Positions 41,561-57,640 of a stretch of 64,000 nt of DNA are shown here, piece after piece. The position numbers and the translations under genes are program-made. This DNA is from the human T2T-CHM13v2.0 reference genome, Homo sapiens: NCBI RefSeq assembly GCF_009914755.1, contig NC_060932.1. One strand, written 5' to 3'. Position 1 is the stretch's first letter. Each line of letters opens with the position of its first letter. Below the pieces are notes generated by a model. It was not told where the DNA came from and made no database searches. It saw only the letters and a list, made by a program, of their open reading frames with translations.

Positions 41561-43405
41561 ATGCTGAGCTGAAAGTGTCTCTTTCAAAAATTTTCATTTT
41601 CATTGATCTTCCTGATCTTCAAAACTATATAAAGACAGGAAATGCAATCTCCCTGGTTGCCATATTCTAATCAGAGAAATTCATTCAGTTTAGAAGCATG
41701 ATTATGAAGCCTGCTGACACAGGTCAGGACAGTCCCCAAAATACACTAAAGCCAAAATCTGAACAGGAGGTGGTGTGTGGTGTGTTCACCAGCTCACGCG
41801 CTACGGCTGATCTCGCAGACTGGGCTCTGTCTCCCAGTGCACCCAGAACCTCCCCTCCCACCTTCTCCTCCACATCTGTGCCAGTGCATCTCCTGCCCAG
41901 GCTACCACGGGAGGGTCGTGACTGGTTTCACAGCTTCCACCCTTACCCACAGTACCCGCTGTCAGTACTGTGAACAGGGCGGTACCTTACAACACAGAGT
42001 CAGACCAGCCATTCCTCACCTCACGGAGTCCTGCCTGGCTCCCCAAACCCTTCCGGAGAGCCTGCCAGCCCAGCCCAACCACGGGGCCCTTGCCACACGG
42101 CACCTGCAAGCCTTAGGCCCTCACCCCCCCTACTCCTGCTATACCCTCTGCCCGCTGCCCCTCAGTGGTGCTGTCCTAGGCACACTGGTCAAACAGCCTC
42201 CTCGCCAGCGCTGCCTGGAGCCGAGTTCCAACAGGACCCCAAGCTCTCCCCCTTCCCTCCACAACACCAGACAGAAAGTAAACGCAACAGTGTATTTCAA
42301 CAGGCAAAGGCCAGTGACAATTTACATGACGGTAAATACTCCTCAATACTGCATCGAATCAAAGCATTTATTACTCCACTTTCTAAAATTTAAGGGTTAA
42401 GGTGTTAGGATTTGAAATAAGACACCTTTTTAAACAGAATCCCTCTTCATCTTCTACCAAAACAAACTGTTACCTAAATGTCAACAGGAAGAAGATGCAG
42501 TGTCCGACACGTAGCAAACACGCGAGAAGAGCTCATTTAAGAGGAAATCACATGAAAACAAGGACACACTGCCCCCAAAAGAAAATATTCTCCGCGCCAC
42601 TGAGCTTCTGTTAGAACATACAAAGTTTTGCTCATCTCCCTTCTTACCTGTATATAGTCTCCTTGATTTGCATGATCAGCTGAGTAGGTTTTTGGATTTT
42701 TAATTAAGAGGCAATGAGGGGTGTGCCCTTCTTTCCAAATGCTCAAGCACTGACCTGGTGTGTGTGCCAGGGTCCGAAGGACGCTTTGGCTGCCATGGAA
42801 ACGGTGGCATGCTTCTAGCCTGCGCATCCCCTGAAATCTCAGCTGGGAATTCAGGAAAATCAAGCGCCAGTATCAACCTGAAATGCCCATAAGCCCTAGG
42901 ATAAACTAGGTCTCCTCTGAGTCGCGGTTACTTTAGGAGCAAACGCAGGTACAAACAAACTGAGTCTGTCACCCGCAGCGTGGGAGAGGCAGGTCGCGTG
43001 TTCCTGACAGCACGCGAAGCAGCTAAATGGTATCCAAACATGGAAGCAGAAACCCTCACATCACACACATATAATCAAGAACTGACCTCACAGACAGGGC
43101 ACAATTGAGGAATACCACTAATGACTGCCAAGATGGAATTAGACCTTTTGATGGTTCTTCCATGTAAAATCAAGTCAAATCAAAGCGGTTTCCAGGTCCT
43201 GAACTTAACCTCAAGCAGAAAAGAACATAGTGAACGTCGTGCTACGAAAGTGAAAAATGGAAATGGCTAACTGTCCAATGATACGGAGCTCTTTCAGTTA
43301 TGGTGTGCACTCAGGACACACGATGTCCGTGTGTTTGAAGGGAAGTATGACGGATATTTCAGCAATGTTAATGTCAAAGCTTGTCTTTAAAAAACGTAAA
43401 GTTTG

Positions 43406-44159
<754 letters not shown>

Positions 44160-44908
44160 CTAAGGCTGAAGGTCAGCCATCTCGAGGGACAGAATGGGTC
44201 ACCTCTACTACTTGCTGGATGACATGGCATGGCTGAGCCACTAAAAACATGGGCTAAGGTGACACTTTTAACAGTACCTCATGATGCCCTGTGGCCCTTT
44301 GCAAAATCCTTCTACTTCCTCGTGGATCCCTTGTGTAAACTCACAACAGGGGTTCACCACAAGGAAAAGGGGGCCCCAGGGGCATTCCGGTTCAGAGGGC
44401 CACTGCGGATGGGAGACAGAGGAGAGGGCAGAACGGCCACTTTCTCTTCGTGCTCTCCTGTCTTCATGCAGGGAAGTGGCTGGACAACTCTACGGGGCGT
44501 GGCGCCGGCAGGAGCCAGCTCTGAATTCCGCCAACCACATCGGTTCGACTGAAAACCCACGAAACATCTCCCCTCCTCTACGAGAGAGGAGTTATCCCAT
44601 AACCTCGTGGTCCCCCATTTTCTGTGACGAGGAAAGTCAGTCTATAGTTCAGCGAGCAGCCCCTCATTTATCTGGAAAAGTCAGCTGTTCAGAACCAAGC
44701 GTTTTCTTGGGATTATGGACAGCAGCCACGTTCAAGATGAACAATATCTCCTAGGGAATTAATTGGGACAGTCCCGAAGTCAACAAAAATGACTTCTTAA
44801 AAACTGGAGTCCTGGTTAATATGTATCAAAAACCTTAAAATGCGTACAACTTTTGATCCCAAAATTTTACCCTTTAGAACTTATCATAAGAAAACAAAGC
44901 CACAGGAA

Positions 44909-45090
44909 GCCAGGCTTGGTGGCATGCTCCTGTGGTCCCAGCTATTCGGTAGGCTGAAGCAGGAGGATCACTTGAGTCCTGGAATTCGGGGCTGCAGTGA
45001 ACCATGACTCCACCTGTGAATAGGTGGCGTGCTCCAGCCTGGGCAATATAGTGAGACCCCTGTCTCAAAAAAAAAAAACAACAACAACCA
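44909..45090 (+). mobile_element. Alu monomer (FRAM/FAM-like)
   Basis: Diverged single arm with A tail. Confidence 0.85.
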
Positions 45091-45340
45091 TGAAACACTA
45101 CAGAGCAATGCTTATTACACCACTAAGAAACCTTAAATATCCAAAAAAGATTGGTAAAATAAAGCATGGCATATCCACATACAAAATCACAAAATCATGA
45201 TGAATGACAATTTGTTGACATGCAAATATACTTACCCACTACCTAAGTTTAAGCAGGTTAAAACTACATTATGATCACATTGAGTTCTTTAGAAAGGTAC
45301 GGATGCAGATAAAAAGGTGTTATTTACGCATGTTTCATAG

Positions 45341-45689
<349 letters not shown>

Positions 45690-47045
45690 TAAGTTACCTC
45701 TAAAAACAGATTTTCTGGTTCCCTGTCCAACATCACACAAGTCTGGGTAAGTGATATGACATTCAGGAGTGTTTTAAGATGACTTACTGAATCTCAGATG
45801 GCCTAGACCTTCCAACAGAGGTTTGCGATGCGAGCAGCTCCTGAAGCTCAGTAGGGAGAGCAAGTCTGAAAAGCTGACTGCACTGAGGTGCTAGTGGGTC
45901 CAGCTATTTGGTACGGAAACACTACAGAAGCCTTCCCCAATCTGGCAACAGCATGAAAGTGGCAGGCCCATAACCCCACCCAGGAAAACAGCAGGTTCCT
46001 CCCAAATGTTCTTGGAACCTAGGTGCTACTCATTCCTCCAGGATCCTTGGCGGGGACCTCACTCGGACTCTGCCCCAGTGTCGCCCACGCCTCTGCACAG
46101 CACTGCACTCACAGGTATCCATGAGTCAGCCCCAACTACAAGGCACTGAGCCTACCAGGAAGAAAGGAGTCGACTGCCCTTTTCCCTTCTTTCCAGGCTG
46201 AAAGAGACCACAGGACATGGTCTGCTACAGGCCCACACGGGCTCAGAAGCTCTACTTCTTGTCTGGGTAGTTTACAGCATCCTCCCTGCCTGAGGCCCAG
46301 ACAGCGCTGGGCTTCCAAGGCCAAACACCTCACGCGGGCTCCTCAGCTGAAGATATCACGGGCACCTTTCCAACTCATTAATTCCTAGGTGCTGACGTCC
46401 CCCCGGCCTAAGCACTGCCCTCCAGGATCGGATGGCTGCCTGTGAGCCAGCACAGGATGTCGCCTCCAGCAAGCTCCCAGCAGCAAGGGAAGGCAGGCAG
46501 AGCCCTTGGACACCTGCGAGCCAGGCTCTGAAGGATGCCCGGCACAGGGGTGAGGAGCCCGCGCCGCCCTCTACAGATGGGTGCGCCACGATGGCAACGG
46601 GCAATGCAAAGCCACACACGCCGGCCACATGTGGACAGACATCGTTTTGTCTGCATCCTGTGACACTGGTGAACTTCATCAGAATCTTCCTCATCTGGGG
46701 ACACAAGACAGGTCCGGGTCCGGCGAGGACCGGAATGAAAGGACCATCATGGGCTACCAAAAAGACCAGTTTCAGAAATGTCAACTGATCCCTGCCCGAA
46801 TATTAAAACCTTGCTAAGTGATGGACAAAGGTTCATGAAGCTGACACACAACAGTGTTTAAACCTAGAAAAATAATTAAGCCAAGCTACTCTGGACACAA
46901 TGGAGTCCTCAAATTCATCAATAAACTGTATTTACTTTATGTGAACTCCAAATGATAGTGAGACCTGAAAGCTTATCACAGACGTGATAAAATCAACATG
47001 ATTCACGTACTTTAGATGTTTTAGATTTTACTGTTAGTTCACTAA

Positions 47046-47522
<477 letters not shown>

Positions 47523-47782
47523 CCATGTCCGACTTATAAGTCACTGTTTTAAATACAGCACACTTCTCATCTGCGAATAGTTCCAGGACACACCCTTACA
47601 CTTTTGCACCTGCCTCAGCAGCAGCCCCGCCCTCTGACAGCCCCAGCACCAGGCAGCTGAGCTGAGCTCCTGCAGCACATAGGGAGCCTGGGCTGAGGCC
47701 ACACTCGTGAGGCAGTGGGTTTCCCCGATGGGATCTCGGTGCAACCCAACAACTGAGCCAACTGGGACTCCTCGGTCTGTGA

Positions 47783-48040
47783 AACCCATGAGGACATTGG
47801 CGAGACTGGGTGAGCACAACCCATAAGGACACTAGCGGGACAGGGGTGAGCACCTGCGGTGGAAGCGGGGCGGGCGGCCGACCCACGAGGACACTGGCGG
47901 GACAGGGGTGAGCACAACCCACGAGGACACTGGCGGGACAGGGGTGAGCACCTGCGGTGGAGGCGGGGCGGGCGGCCGACCCACGAGGACACTGGTGAGA
48001 CAGGGGTGAGCACCTGCAGTGGAGGTGGGGCGGGCAGCCG
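47783..48040. repeat. GC-rich compound tandem repeat (alternating ~36 and ~62 bp units)
   Basis: CCCACGAGGACACTGGCGGGACAGGGGTGAGCAC followed by either AA or CTGCGGTGGAGGCGGGGCGGGCGGCCGA; 5 core copies. Confidence 0.9.
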
Positions 48041-49940
48041 AAGGAGAGACAGGCCTCTGCCCCCTAGCCACCAGCAGCTGAGTGCTGACCACAGCCCCCA
48101 CGGGCAGCACAGGCAAGCAAGTGGAGGAAATAGAGGAACTGTGAGTGAGCAGAAAAATGCAATGCAATCAGCTGACCAGAGAGGAAGCTGGGCTCCTTGC
48201 TAACGTCTCAACAAGGCACAGACGCACCCGCAAGGGAGTGGGCAGCACTGCAGGATGCAGCAAGGGCTGCTCAGACCTGCTGGGGGCATCCTTTGCCCCG
48301 GGCTCTGTCCCTACTGCCCCCAGGCACATTTCACTGCCAGGCTGCTGGGGGCCAGGGCTCCAGCCTCCAGGGCAGCACACCTCAGCCTGCTCTGTCCCCT
48401 TCAAGGCCAGACAAGCAAAGCCCCAGCCCCCACCTTGGCCCCCAGCCTGTGGGCACAGTTTCTCTCCACAGGCTTGGCTGGGCCTGGCTTCCACACCTTC
48501 CAGCTCCAGCCTTCACCCCAAGACCCCCACCTCTGTGACGGCTCCCACATTCTGCGGGACCCACCTCCAGGCTCTGCTGGTTCTCCTCTCACCTCCTTCC
48601 CCCACGCAGCCTGGAAAGGAAGGGCCGATGCTCGTGGGAGCCCCTGTGGCCTCGGGGCCCTGGCTCTATCCCCACCGTGCCAGGCGGCCTTTCCTTGCCT
48701 CCCATCCGCCTACTCAGAAGCCCAGGATGGCTGCCAGGTGAAGGAAACGGCTCTGGAGGGGAGCCAGGACAAGTCTGGCTTTACTGAAAAGTAACATCCG
48801 CAGGACAGACTCATAGCTGACTTTGTTTGAAGGAGCAAGTCGGCTAAGAGTGTCATTTTCCTTTACACCTGCAATCCCACGGACCACATCTCAATGCCCT
48901 CTACCCCCATTCTTACGTCTGTCACTTGCTCTTTCACATACGTTGCAAGTCTTTGATGAGGGAGGCCAGCTTTCCCTCTGGAAGGAGATGCCTTCAGTTG
49001 TAAACCGACAATTCATAAAAAGTTGGGGGCTTCGAGTACACAATTCCGCATTCCCGAGAAGCCTGCCAATCATGCAGTGGAAACACCTGACCTGGTGCAT
49101 CGCGCACCCCTCCCTGGCCAGGCTGCCCTCCCTGGCACACGCCCCGCGCTGGCCGGCAACAAACAAAACCCACACGGACAAAGGAGTCTTTACAAGAACA
49201 GCCAAAACAATTCCATCTGCGAACAAAAACTAACGGCAGAATTAAAGGCTGCAAGTCCAAACACAATCTGGCTATTGTAAACAGTGCCTCAGTTTATCAA
49301 TGTAACAATAACTCTTTCAAAGATTAATAAAGTTCCCCCCAAACACTCAGCAATCTAGCATTGTTAAGATACTTTGGAGGATAAATATTAGCTTGGGACT
49401 CGCCTACATGAGAAGTGAAAGCTGCCAAGACAGCAGTTCTAAAGCAAGAACCAGCGGCAGCAGCGGCGGCCACAGGGCAGCGAGGCACGGGCCCAGGCAC
49501 TGCTTCCAGCCTTGCCGCACATCAGTTCGACTCCCCAGGCACCTCCTTGCACCCAGCACCACGCTGGCCCCTCACCCCGTGTCACACTCCACATGCAGCC
49601 CCCTGCGAGCTGAGCAGCAGGACTCACCTTGGGCACTGTGAGTGAGACAGAGCAAGGGCACCAATCCTCTGGGCCCCACGTGCCCCCTGCCCACCCTGTC
49701 CTGGGGTCACTGGCTCGTGAGGGCGGGACTGCGACTCTGTCTCCTGGATCCCTGATGGCCAGGCGCCTGGCAACAGATAAGCCACCCACAGCAAACAGGA
49801 ATAGGTGGAAAATGGACTTAACTAAAAGGAGAGGTTTTAAGATGATTGTTGGAAATAAAAGGGAACAAAGGAGCATTCAAGCTTAGATTTGATTCCAACT
49901 TACTTTCTTGAAAGACATTTAAGTAACCTGGGTAACCAAA

Positions 49941-50046
49941 TGCAACATGGTGTTGGGGCCAGCTCTGAGAGCAGTGGGTCACGCGGGGCCCCTGCAACAT
50001 GGTGTTGAGGCCGGCTCTGAGGGCAGTGGGTCACTCGGGGCCCCTG
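49941..50046. repeat. 52-bp imperfect tandem duplication
   Basis: TGCAACATGGTGTTG(G/A)GGCC(A/G)GCTCTGAG(A/G)GCAGTGGGTCAC(G/T)CGGGGCCCC x2. Confidence 0.9.
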
Positions 50047-50455
50047 CTATCAGCAATCCCAGGTTGAGACTCCAAACAGCCAGGCTGAGTGGGTGCTAGG
50101 CCGGCCCACCCTCTGCAGGGTGTGTTTTTGCCCCACCCGTACCTCCACCATGGGGGTTTTTGTTCGTGTAATGCGACAGCGTGCAGCTCCACACACACAG
50201 GAAGCAAGCTGTCAGGACAGAGCCTGACTCGCACAGGTAACTGGAATCCTCCCCAACAGGTGGGTGTGCAGAGAGCAGGTCCCTGTCCGGGCACCTCCCG
50301 AAGGACTGTCTTAGCACGACCTTGCTTCTCCCAGGGGAGGGAAAGGAAAAGGGCCTCGTGAGGTCTCCGCAAGACCGGGCTGTGCGTCCTACACCAGGCT
50401 GCCTTCTCCTGCACATTTTCCTACTCAAAGACAACGGAGTCCAGGCATCCTCTCA

Positions 50456-50851
<396 letters not shown>

Positions 50852-51369
50852 TCAGCCCTCAGTTTCCCCACCTGTAAATGGGAGCAACACTGCGAGTGTT
50901 GTAAAGGGCAGGTGGCGACACAGCACAGTGCCTGTCACAGCAGGCTCTCACGGACAGAGCGGTTGCTAATGGCCTTAAAGCTCCGCGGCAGCACGTGGCC
51001 CCTCGACTGCTCTCAGAGACAAGGTACTGTCAACTAAGGCGACTTTCTGAAATGGCCTTAGGATGAGTCAAATCCTTGGTTCAATACATGACAGTGTTTG
51101 CACATACACAGACTCAGCCTGAAAGAGACAAAAAACACAGGACCATCTAGCTGAAAAGCAGCAGCTACTGAACATGGTCTAATTTTTGTTTCAATGGCTC
51201 AAAAGAATAAAAGAATCATCTAATAATGATGATATCATTGGTTTCATTAGGATTTTTACCCAGTTGTCACTAAAAGGGATATATTTTTGGTTTAGAAAAC
51301 GAAAACCTTAGGTTAATAAGTGTTTCGCACTGGTTATCAGAAAGCCAGTGAAAGCCTGGCCCCCGTCCG

Positions 51370-51458
51370 GAGCTGCACGGCACCTTTCCTAACGCCAGGA
51401 CGCGTGGTGGCTCCTGCCCCGAGCTGCACGGCACCTTTCCTAACGCCAGGACGCATGG
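51370..51458. repeat. 51-bp-period direct repeat
   Basis: GAGCTGCACGGCACCTTTCCTAACGCCAGGACGC at 51370 and 51421. Confidence 0.9.
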
Positions 51459-51919
51459 TTGGCAAGGACACGGGTCAGCCATGGGGCTCCCAGGATTGAC
51501 CTCCAATTCCTCATCTGGGGAAGCCCAGAGCAAATCGAAGGATGCATGGGAACCTCCTTTGGAAGTAGGACGATCGTCAGAAATACAGGCAGGCCCGGGT
51601 CTCAGGACGTCGAGGATGGAAGGAGCATCCGAGCTGATCCTGCCCAACCTCGAACCTGCAGGGTAGAAACAGAGCCCGGGAGGCCAAGGGGGGGCCCTCA
51701 GCAAAGAGGACAATGACACGTGAGCAGAGCCGACCTGACACTATGCTCCTCCTGCCTTCCCAGGTGGCCCCACGATGGAGTTTCCTCGAATTTCCTGAAA
51801 ACTGGCCAGCTGCTCTGAACGAGCCTGAAGAAGGCAGCTGCACAAACTTAAGCAGCCACTAGTCAAGCTCACCCGCTGGGCGGCCCCGCCTCCACCAAAC
51901 TGCACTTCTGAGCCTCTGT

Positions 51920-52006
51920 CTCCATCGCTGCCCTCCCTCCAGGCCGCCGCTCAGGGCACGCCGCCTCCATCGCTGCCCTCTCTCCAGGCCACCACTCAGG
52001 GCGCGC
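51920..52006. repeat. ~45-bp imperfect tandem duplication
   Basis: CTCCATCGCTGCCCTC(C/T)CTCCAGGCC(G/A)CC(G/A)CTCAGGGC x2. Confidence 0.85.
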
Positions 52007-53599
52007 TGCGCTCAGCTCACACCACCCCGTGCACAGCTCGTGGATGCGGTCCTCCCTTTTCCATGAACTCTGCACTCGCCTCCCCTTTGCACTTCACAAC
52101 ATTAAACTTCAACCCAACGTCCAAGGCCTGGGCTACAGGTAACAGATGCCAAGAAGTCAGCCATCTTTCCCGGGGCTGGCACTGCCTTCGCGATTTGGGA
52201 CGATGTCGCAAGAGTCTGCCGTGCGCCTCCAGTGCCTGAACAGGCAGCTGCAAGTCCGTGGGCCTGAGCTCAGCTCCTTTCCCGCTCAAGTGCCACAGTG
52301 ACTTCTCGTCTGGGTGCCCAGAAGTGGGGCTGGCTGGCACGTGAGTCAGAGATGCAGGGCAGGGGTCACACGATGTCAGCGCGGCCTCGTGCCTAGGCCA
52401 TGAGGCCTAGCGGAGACGTGCACAGACCTGCGGCAAAGCTGCAGACCGGCATCCTGCCTGAGGCTCAGCGCCAGAGGCCAGCAGAAGTTTCTGGCAAAAC
52501 CTGAAGGGATAAAGAAGTGCTGATAAACCACCCCTACTGCCTCTGGAATGTTTGTGATTTTATGATTTTCTGCATCCAAAATTTGTCACATCACTGCTTC
52601 TCCTATCCCACAACCTCACGAACATGAGATTCCTCAAGTCCTGAGCTAGATGCTAGATACGGAACCTCTGAAGCATGACTCTGTGGGGAGCCCAGGCTAC
52701 GACACCTCAAGAACACTGCAGCCTCTGCGAACATGAGGAAGATGAGCAGGTGGCGCTCAGTACTTCTCTCTAAGGGGCACCAGTGGCAGTGCCTGGCCTC
52801 CTAGCAGGCCCAACAGTCTCACGTCCTGGGAAGGTTCCCTCCCAGCCCCAAAGCTCCAGGCCTACCTCTAGCTCCCAGTGCAGTGCACCCTGGGACAGGC
52901 AGGAGAAGGCAGCAGAGAGGAGAACCAATGAAGGCTTCTCGCACTGCATCCCTGGATGTCCCAACCGCTCCAGAAATCAATTCCAGGCATCAACATCGGT
53001 GTCACCCCCGCCTACGCTTTAGGCTAGTCCCAGGGGGCAGCAAGGGACAAAGGGCACCACCGGGCTGTGGTCAGTCAGCTTTCAGCCACCCAAGTGCAAA
53101 GCCTCAAGGATTTTCCTACAGTGACTGCTGGGCAGCTTGAAGGAGCAGAAGAAACGTGGCAGTGTGGGTACAGCCCAGCCACACTTCCACGTGGACCCAG
53201 AAGAATCAACGGCAGCCAGGTTACAAAGGGAAACCTCCAGCTCCACCCTGCTCCCTACTGCAGCAGGGCCCATGATGGCTGGACATTTGAAAACAGAAAA
53301 CTCCCAGAACCAGCACGTTACAAAGCACTTAGGGACATCAAAGCCCAGCTCTGCACATGAGCTCTACGGAAGGAGAGTTTCACCTGCTCAAACCCAATCA
53401 GGCTGTGTGGAGCTCATGCCACCTAAAGAGGCTGAGGAAGCCTGAGACGCAAAGTCTTCCTGCTCATCCTAATGGCAGGAGCTTCCTTTAACTAGGACTG
53501 CTGATATATTTTCTCCACTGGCTTTCATGTACACATTATGCAATTTGCTTAATGACTCAGTGATTATTTGATGACAGTCACCTTCCCCCAAACCACCCG

Positions 53600-53654
53600 C
53601 ACCTAGATCAACTGTCCACCTAGATCAATCGTTCATCTAGGTCAACTGTCCACC
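53600..53654. repeat. 17-bp tandem repeat x3
   Basis: CACCTAGATCAACTGTC variants. Confidence 0.8.
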
Positions 53655-56600
53655 GTCAAGTCATGAAGACTCTGAGGTCTGGGATGTAAGAAGGACAGCC
53701 CAAAAGAGAGCTCGGCTGGTGGGCACAGGGACCTGGGGCCTCGAGAGCAAAGAACAGGTGGCCACAGGGCCAGGGTGGCAGTGTGCACTTGAGGGCACCT
53801 GCCCAGCGCCCACCCCAGCCAGTGCGGGTCTCTCCTCGCACCAGCTCGGGAGGGAGGGGCCACCCCCAGCACTCCACGGCCATCCGGGGAAGGAAAGTTG
53901 GCGGGGCTGGCGAGGACGTCTGGTGTCTATAAAAAATGTTTCTCCCAGGAGGGCCGCTGAAAACAGAGACTCTGAGATACTCTCATTCTTTTCCTTATTT
54001 GCCACTCTGAAAAATAAGCCGTTCTTCCTATTCTGAAATGGAATACAGGTCAAAACCTCCTACGGTGAACAGTGACCCAAAGAAAAAGATCACTAGATCC
54101 AAAATATTTCTAGTTTGGCCAGTGGCCCCAAGTAACTCTGTTTATTTGGTTAGAGCAAAGCTCTCCTGGGGGATGAAACGCCTACCCCAGTACAAAGCCT
54201 GCCTGTGTCTGCCTGGGTCCCATGAAGAAGGACTGAAGGGCAGGAGGCTCCTTGCCCCTCCGCACCCCAGGAGGCCCTTCTGTGTTCCCACCAGGGCCTG
54301 ACTGTGGAAGAGAACAGCTGCCCGTGCCCCCTGCCCCGCCCCTGTCCCTGCCACGGCTGACATTTAGGAGCTCTGTCCCAAGCGTCCACCGTGGCATGCA
54401 GAGCCGCCCCACACCCCGACTCCCTGGGGCCTCGGCCCCCCAGCAAGGCCGGCTTGACAGGAACCAGTAGCCAGCAGAGGCCTGAGCAGAACAGGGTCCG
54501 GAGCTGGCAGTGGGGCTCGGGGCCACTGGTTCCCAAGCAGACTTCCCCCACCTCACAGGCAGCTTCTCCTCTCCAGCGGCCCAGCGGGATCCAGCACGGA
54601 CTGAGGGCGGGTGAAACGCCAGCTCCTGCCTTCAGCACGTGGTCACTGCCCTGCCCTGCCTGCAACAGCAGCCACCAGAGAGCGTCCGCTGGGAACCACA
54701 ACGCGCCCGCACCCCAGCGGCCATCCTCGGGTCACGGAGCCTCATGGCTTCCTTCACTGCCGTGGCTGAGATTCCTCGGCCTGCGCCATGACGGGGCCTC
54801 GCCTACGTTGGAAGATAGGTGGTTCCCCCGTGTGCTCCCCAGTTACACGGGTTCGACCTTCACTAAATCTTTACCGAATCCCCACTCCACAGTGACCGGC
54901 CTTGCACTTGGCCCGAGGTCACGGTGTGTCATGTTTTTCTGCGGAAGGACCCCACTTCAGACAAGACCAGGGGTATAAACCGCACACGAGCAGTCAGCCT
55001 CCAACAAATGCATCTTTACAAGTCCTGTGAGGTCTGCACTCCACCCACTGCACATCCACGGCCACGTCCGTTTAAACATATTTCCCAAAGAGACGCGCAC
55101 CCCAACTTAGGGAAGCGCCGCCCTGGGATAACGAGGACCAACAGGACAAGACTGAGAGGCAGGAGCACAACCCACGGCGGAAAGCACGACACCGGGCAGG
55201 GGTCTGCAAACGCCCCGTGCCCCCTTCTGACCGGCCGAGGGCACCTGAACACATCCTTGGCTTTCAGTCTTTCCCGAGTGCATCCTAAAGATGTGAGATC
55301 GTGAGTTCTAGCCATGGTCCCAATAGGGCACCCTCAAGACCTCTGGAACCTGTGTGGTGCTTCTCACAACAGAACAGGGCCGGGCACCTCCTTGACACTG
55401 TTCCTCAGGAGAACCAGCAGCGTGAAGGGGCCTGCGGTTGCCTGGGGTGGGGGCAGACGTGAGCGGCACCTCGTGGCTCTGTGGCTCTTGTTACTGACCC
55501 CACAGGCGTGGGCAGTTGCATTGCAGGGACCAAGGACACACTGGCTCCCCTCCGCTGGGGACTTCCTGGTCGTGAGCTATGCCCAGAGGAGTCAAAAAGG
55601 CACAAGGGGAGACAGGCCTGGCTCCAGCCCTTGGGGTGCCCAAGGCACTGGGTGCCCACAGCCCCTCCTCGGGAAGGTGAGGTATGGGCTTGTGACACCC
55701 CTTCCTTCCCTCGGGAGCTGAGGAGAATGGGCGGTGGTGGTTTACTGCATGTTCAGAAAAGGCCTCCACCCTCACCACCCTGCGTGAGACATGGGATCTG
55801 TGCCCTCAGGAAACTCAGTCCGAGAGGTGGCCTCACATGCGCGGTTGTTACAAGCAGAGCCAGGTAAGCGCAGAAGCCTGCCAATGTATCTTCCTGGTCC
55901 CTTTCGGGGCACCCTTTACCCACACGCCCTACTTAAACCACTTGAAACCCTTTCCAGATGAGGGCAGGTGCAAATCGAGGAATTTATACTTCACAAGAAA
56001 AGTACTTCCCCCATTGAATATTTAAAAGAGTAACTGCACCCATCTGCATTTGACCCTGCTTCCTACTCACACTTTCTTCAGAGCCTGCCCCCCAGAAATG
56101 TGACCCCCTGTTATCAGCCAGGAGCCCCAGGAATGGGTAAGGCCCCAACTTTAACTTCTTTCCCACTTGTTCGCTTATCAGCAGCAGCCCCCCCGCCCCC
56201 CCGCTCCCCACCACCGACCCCATACCACGGCCTCCAACCTCTTCCCCATCTTCCCCCAGTTAAGTTCAAGACTTGGGAAAAATAGAAGCAGCTGCTCTTC
56301 ACAAACTACTTTAAACCTTACAACGAAGCCAACCAAAATAACTCCATAGTTCAATGTCAGCTGCAGTGGGGAGGAGCTGCAGAGTTCTCTTGCTGGCGGC
56401 CACGGGGCTCCCTCCTGAACTCATCCAAGTTAGTATTTTTATCACCAAATCCTAAGACTATCAGAAAACATCTGAGGCCGACCAAGCACCGTGTGACCTT
56501 GAGGAAGTCGCCTGACCGCTCCAGGTCATGTGCGAGGCCTTAGGGTGTGAACAGAGCACTTCCCGGTTCCTTCCACTTCTACACGCTTTCATTCTACAAC

Positions 56601-57493
56601 TGAAAACCACACACGAAGGTGTGTGTATCATCATGAGAGAGAGGCCTTCAGAGCCCAGCAGCAACCTATAATAAACAGACTATAAACTCAGCACAGCTCA
56701 TGCTTTCTTCAAAAGACTGATTTTAACAGGCAGAAGACATAACCGCAGCTATGAAAACCTCTCCCGGCGGATACTAACTACAGCATCGTGACTCAGCTGC
56801 TCTGATGCTCTGATAGGTGAGGTCACCTGGATACTACAGGTGTTTTCACAAGAGGAAATAACCCACACGCAGGGCACGGAGCGCAGACTGTGCCCCTGCC
56901 ACAGACCGGCCTTCTCCCCAAAGTCCCTCGTTAACCCTTCACGGCAAGTCTGGAGTTTCCCATTTCCATGGCCAGGACGCTGGGCTTCTGGCCTCCTTGG
57001 CTGACTGGACAATTACAGACAGTTGAGTACTGTCTTTTCTGTGAACACTAGCATGTATTTAGCTTAAAAGGATCTTCTGTGCGGCATCTTTTCAGTCTAG
57101 CGAGAGAATGCTTTAGGCCATAACAGGTGAAAAGTGCCTCCTTTCACCTGCCACCCCGTTCAAGAGCTGCCAAGGTACAGCAGGCTCTCTGCTGGGCAGA
57201 AGCAGGCAGCCGGGTGGAACAGCTAGAATCTCCAGCATCTGCAGACAGGCCTCAGTGGGGCGGTGAGGAGACGGCTCTCAGACCTCCCAGGGCACAGTCC
57301 ACAGGGTAGCACACAGGAGGGCCCGGGCCAGGGGCACCTGGAGGAAGACGGGGCTCAGAGAAGGAGCAGCTCCATCTCGTACCCTCTTGCGCCCAGCCAC
57401 CGAGGGGGACTAGACGGCTTTGCACCGACCCCCACGTTTCTCCCACCCTCCTTGCCCCTTTCAAGCCTATGTCATGTCAACAGCCTCCTTTTT

Positions 57494-57640
57494 GGTGGTG
57501 GCTCACATCTGTAATCCCTGCACTTTGGGAGGCTGATGTGGGAGGATCGCTTGAGTCCAGGAGTTTTAGGCTGCAATGAACCATGATCCTGCCACTACAC
57601 TGCACTCCAGCCTGGGCGACAGGCTTGAGTATGTCTTAAA
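57494..57640 (+). mobile_element. Diverged Alu monomer
   Basis: GGTGGCTCACATCTGTAATCCC...CTGCACTCCAGCCTGGGCGACAG. Confidence 0.85.

Noticed and set aside
54150-55315. CpG-enriched stretch with several 120-195 aa ORFs as a possible promoter or gene
   Set aside because: CpG density looks below that of a true island, ORFs have no recognisable features, and GC-rich background explains them.
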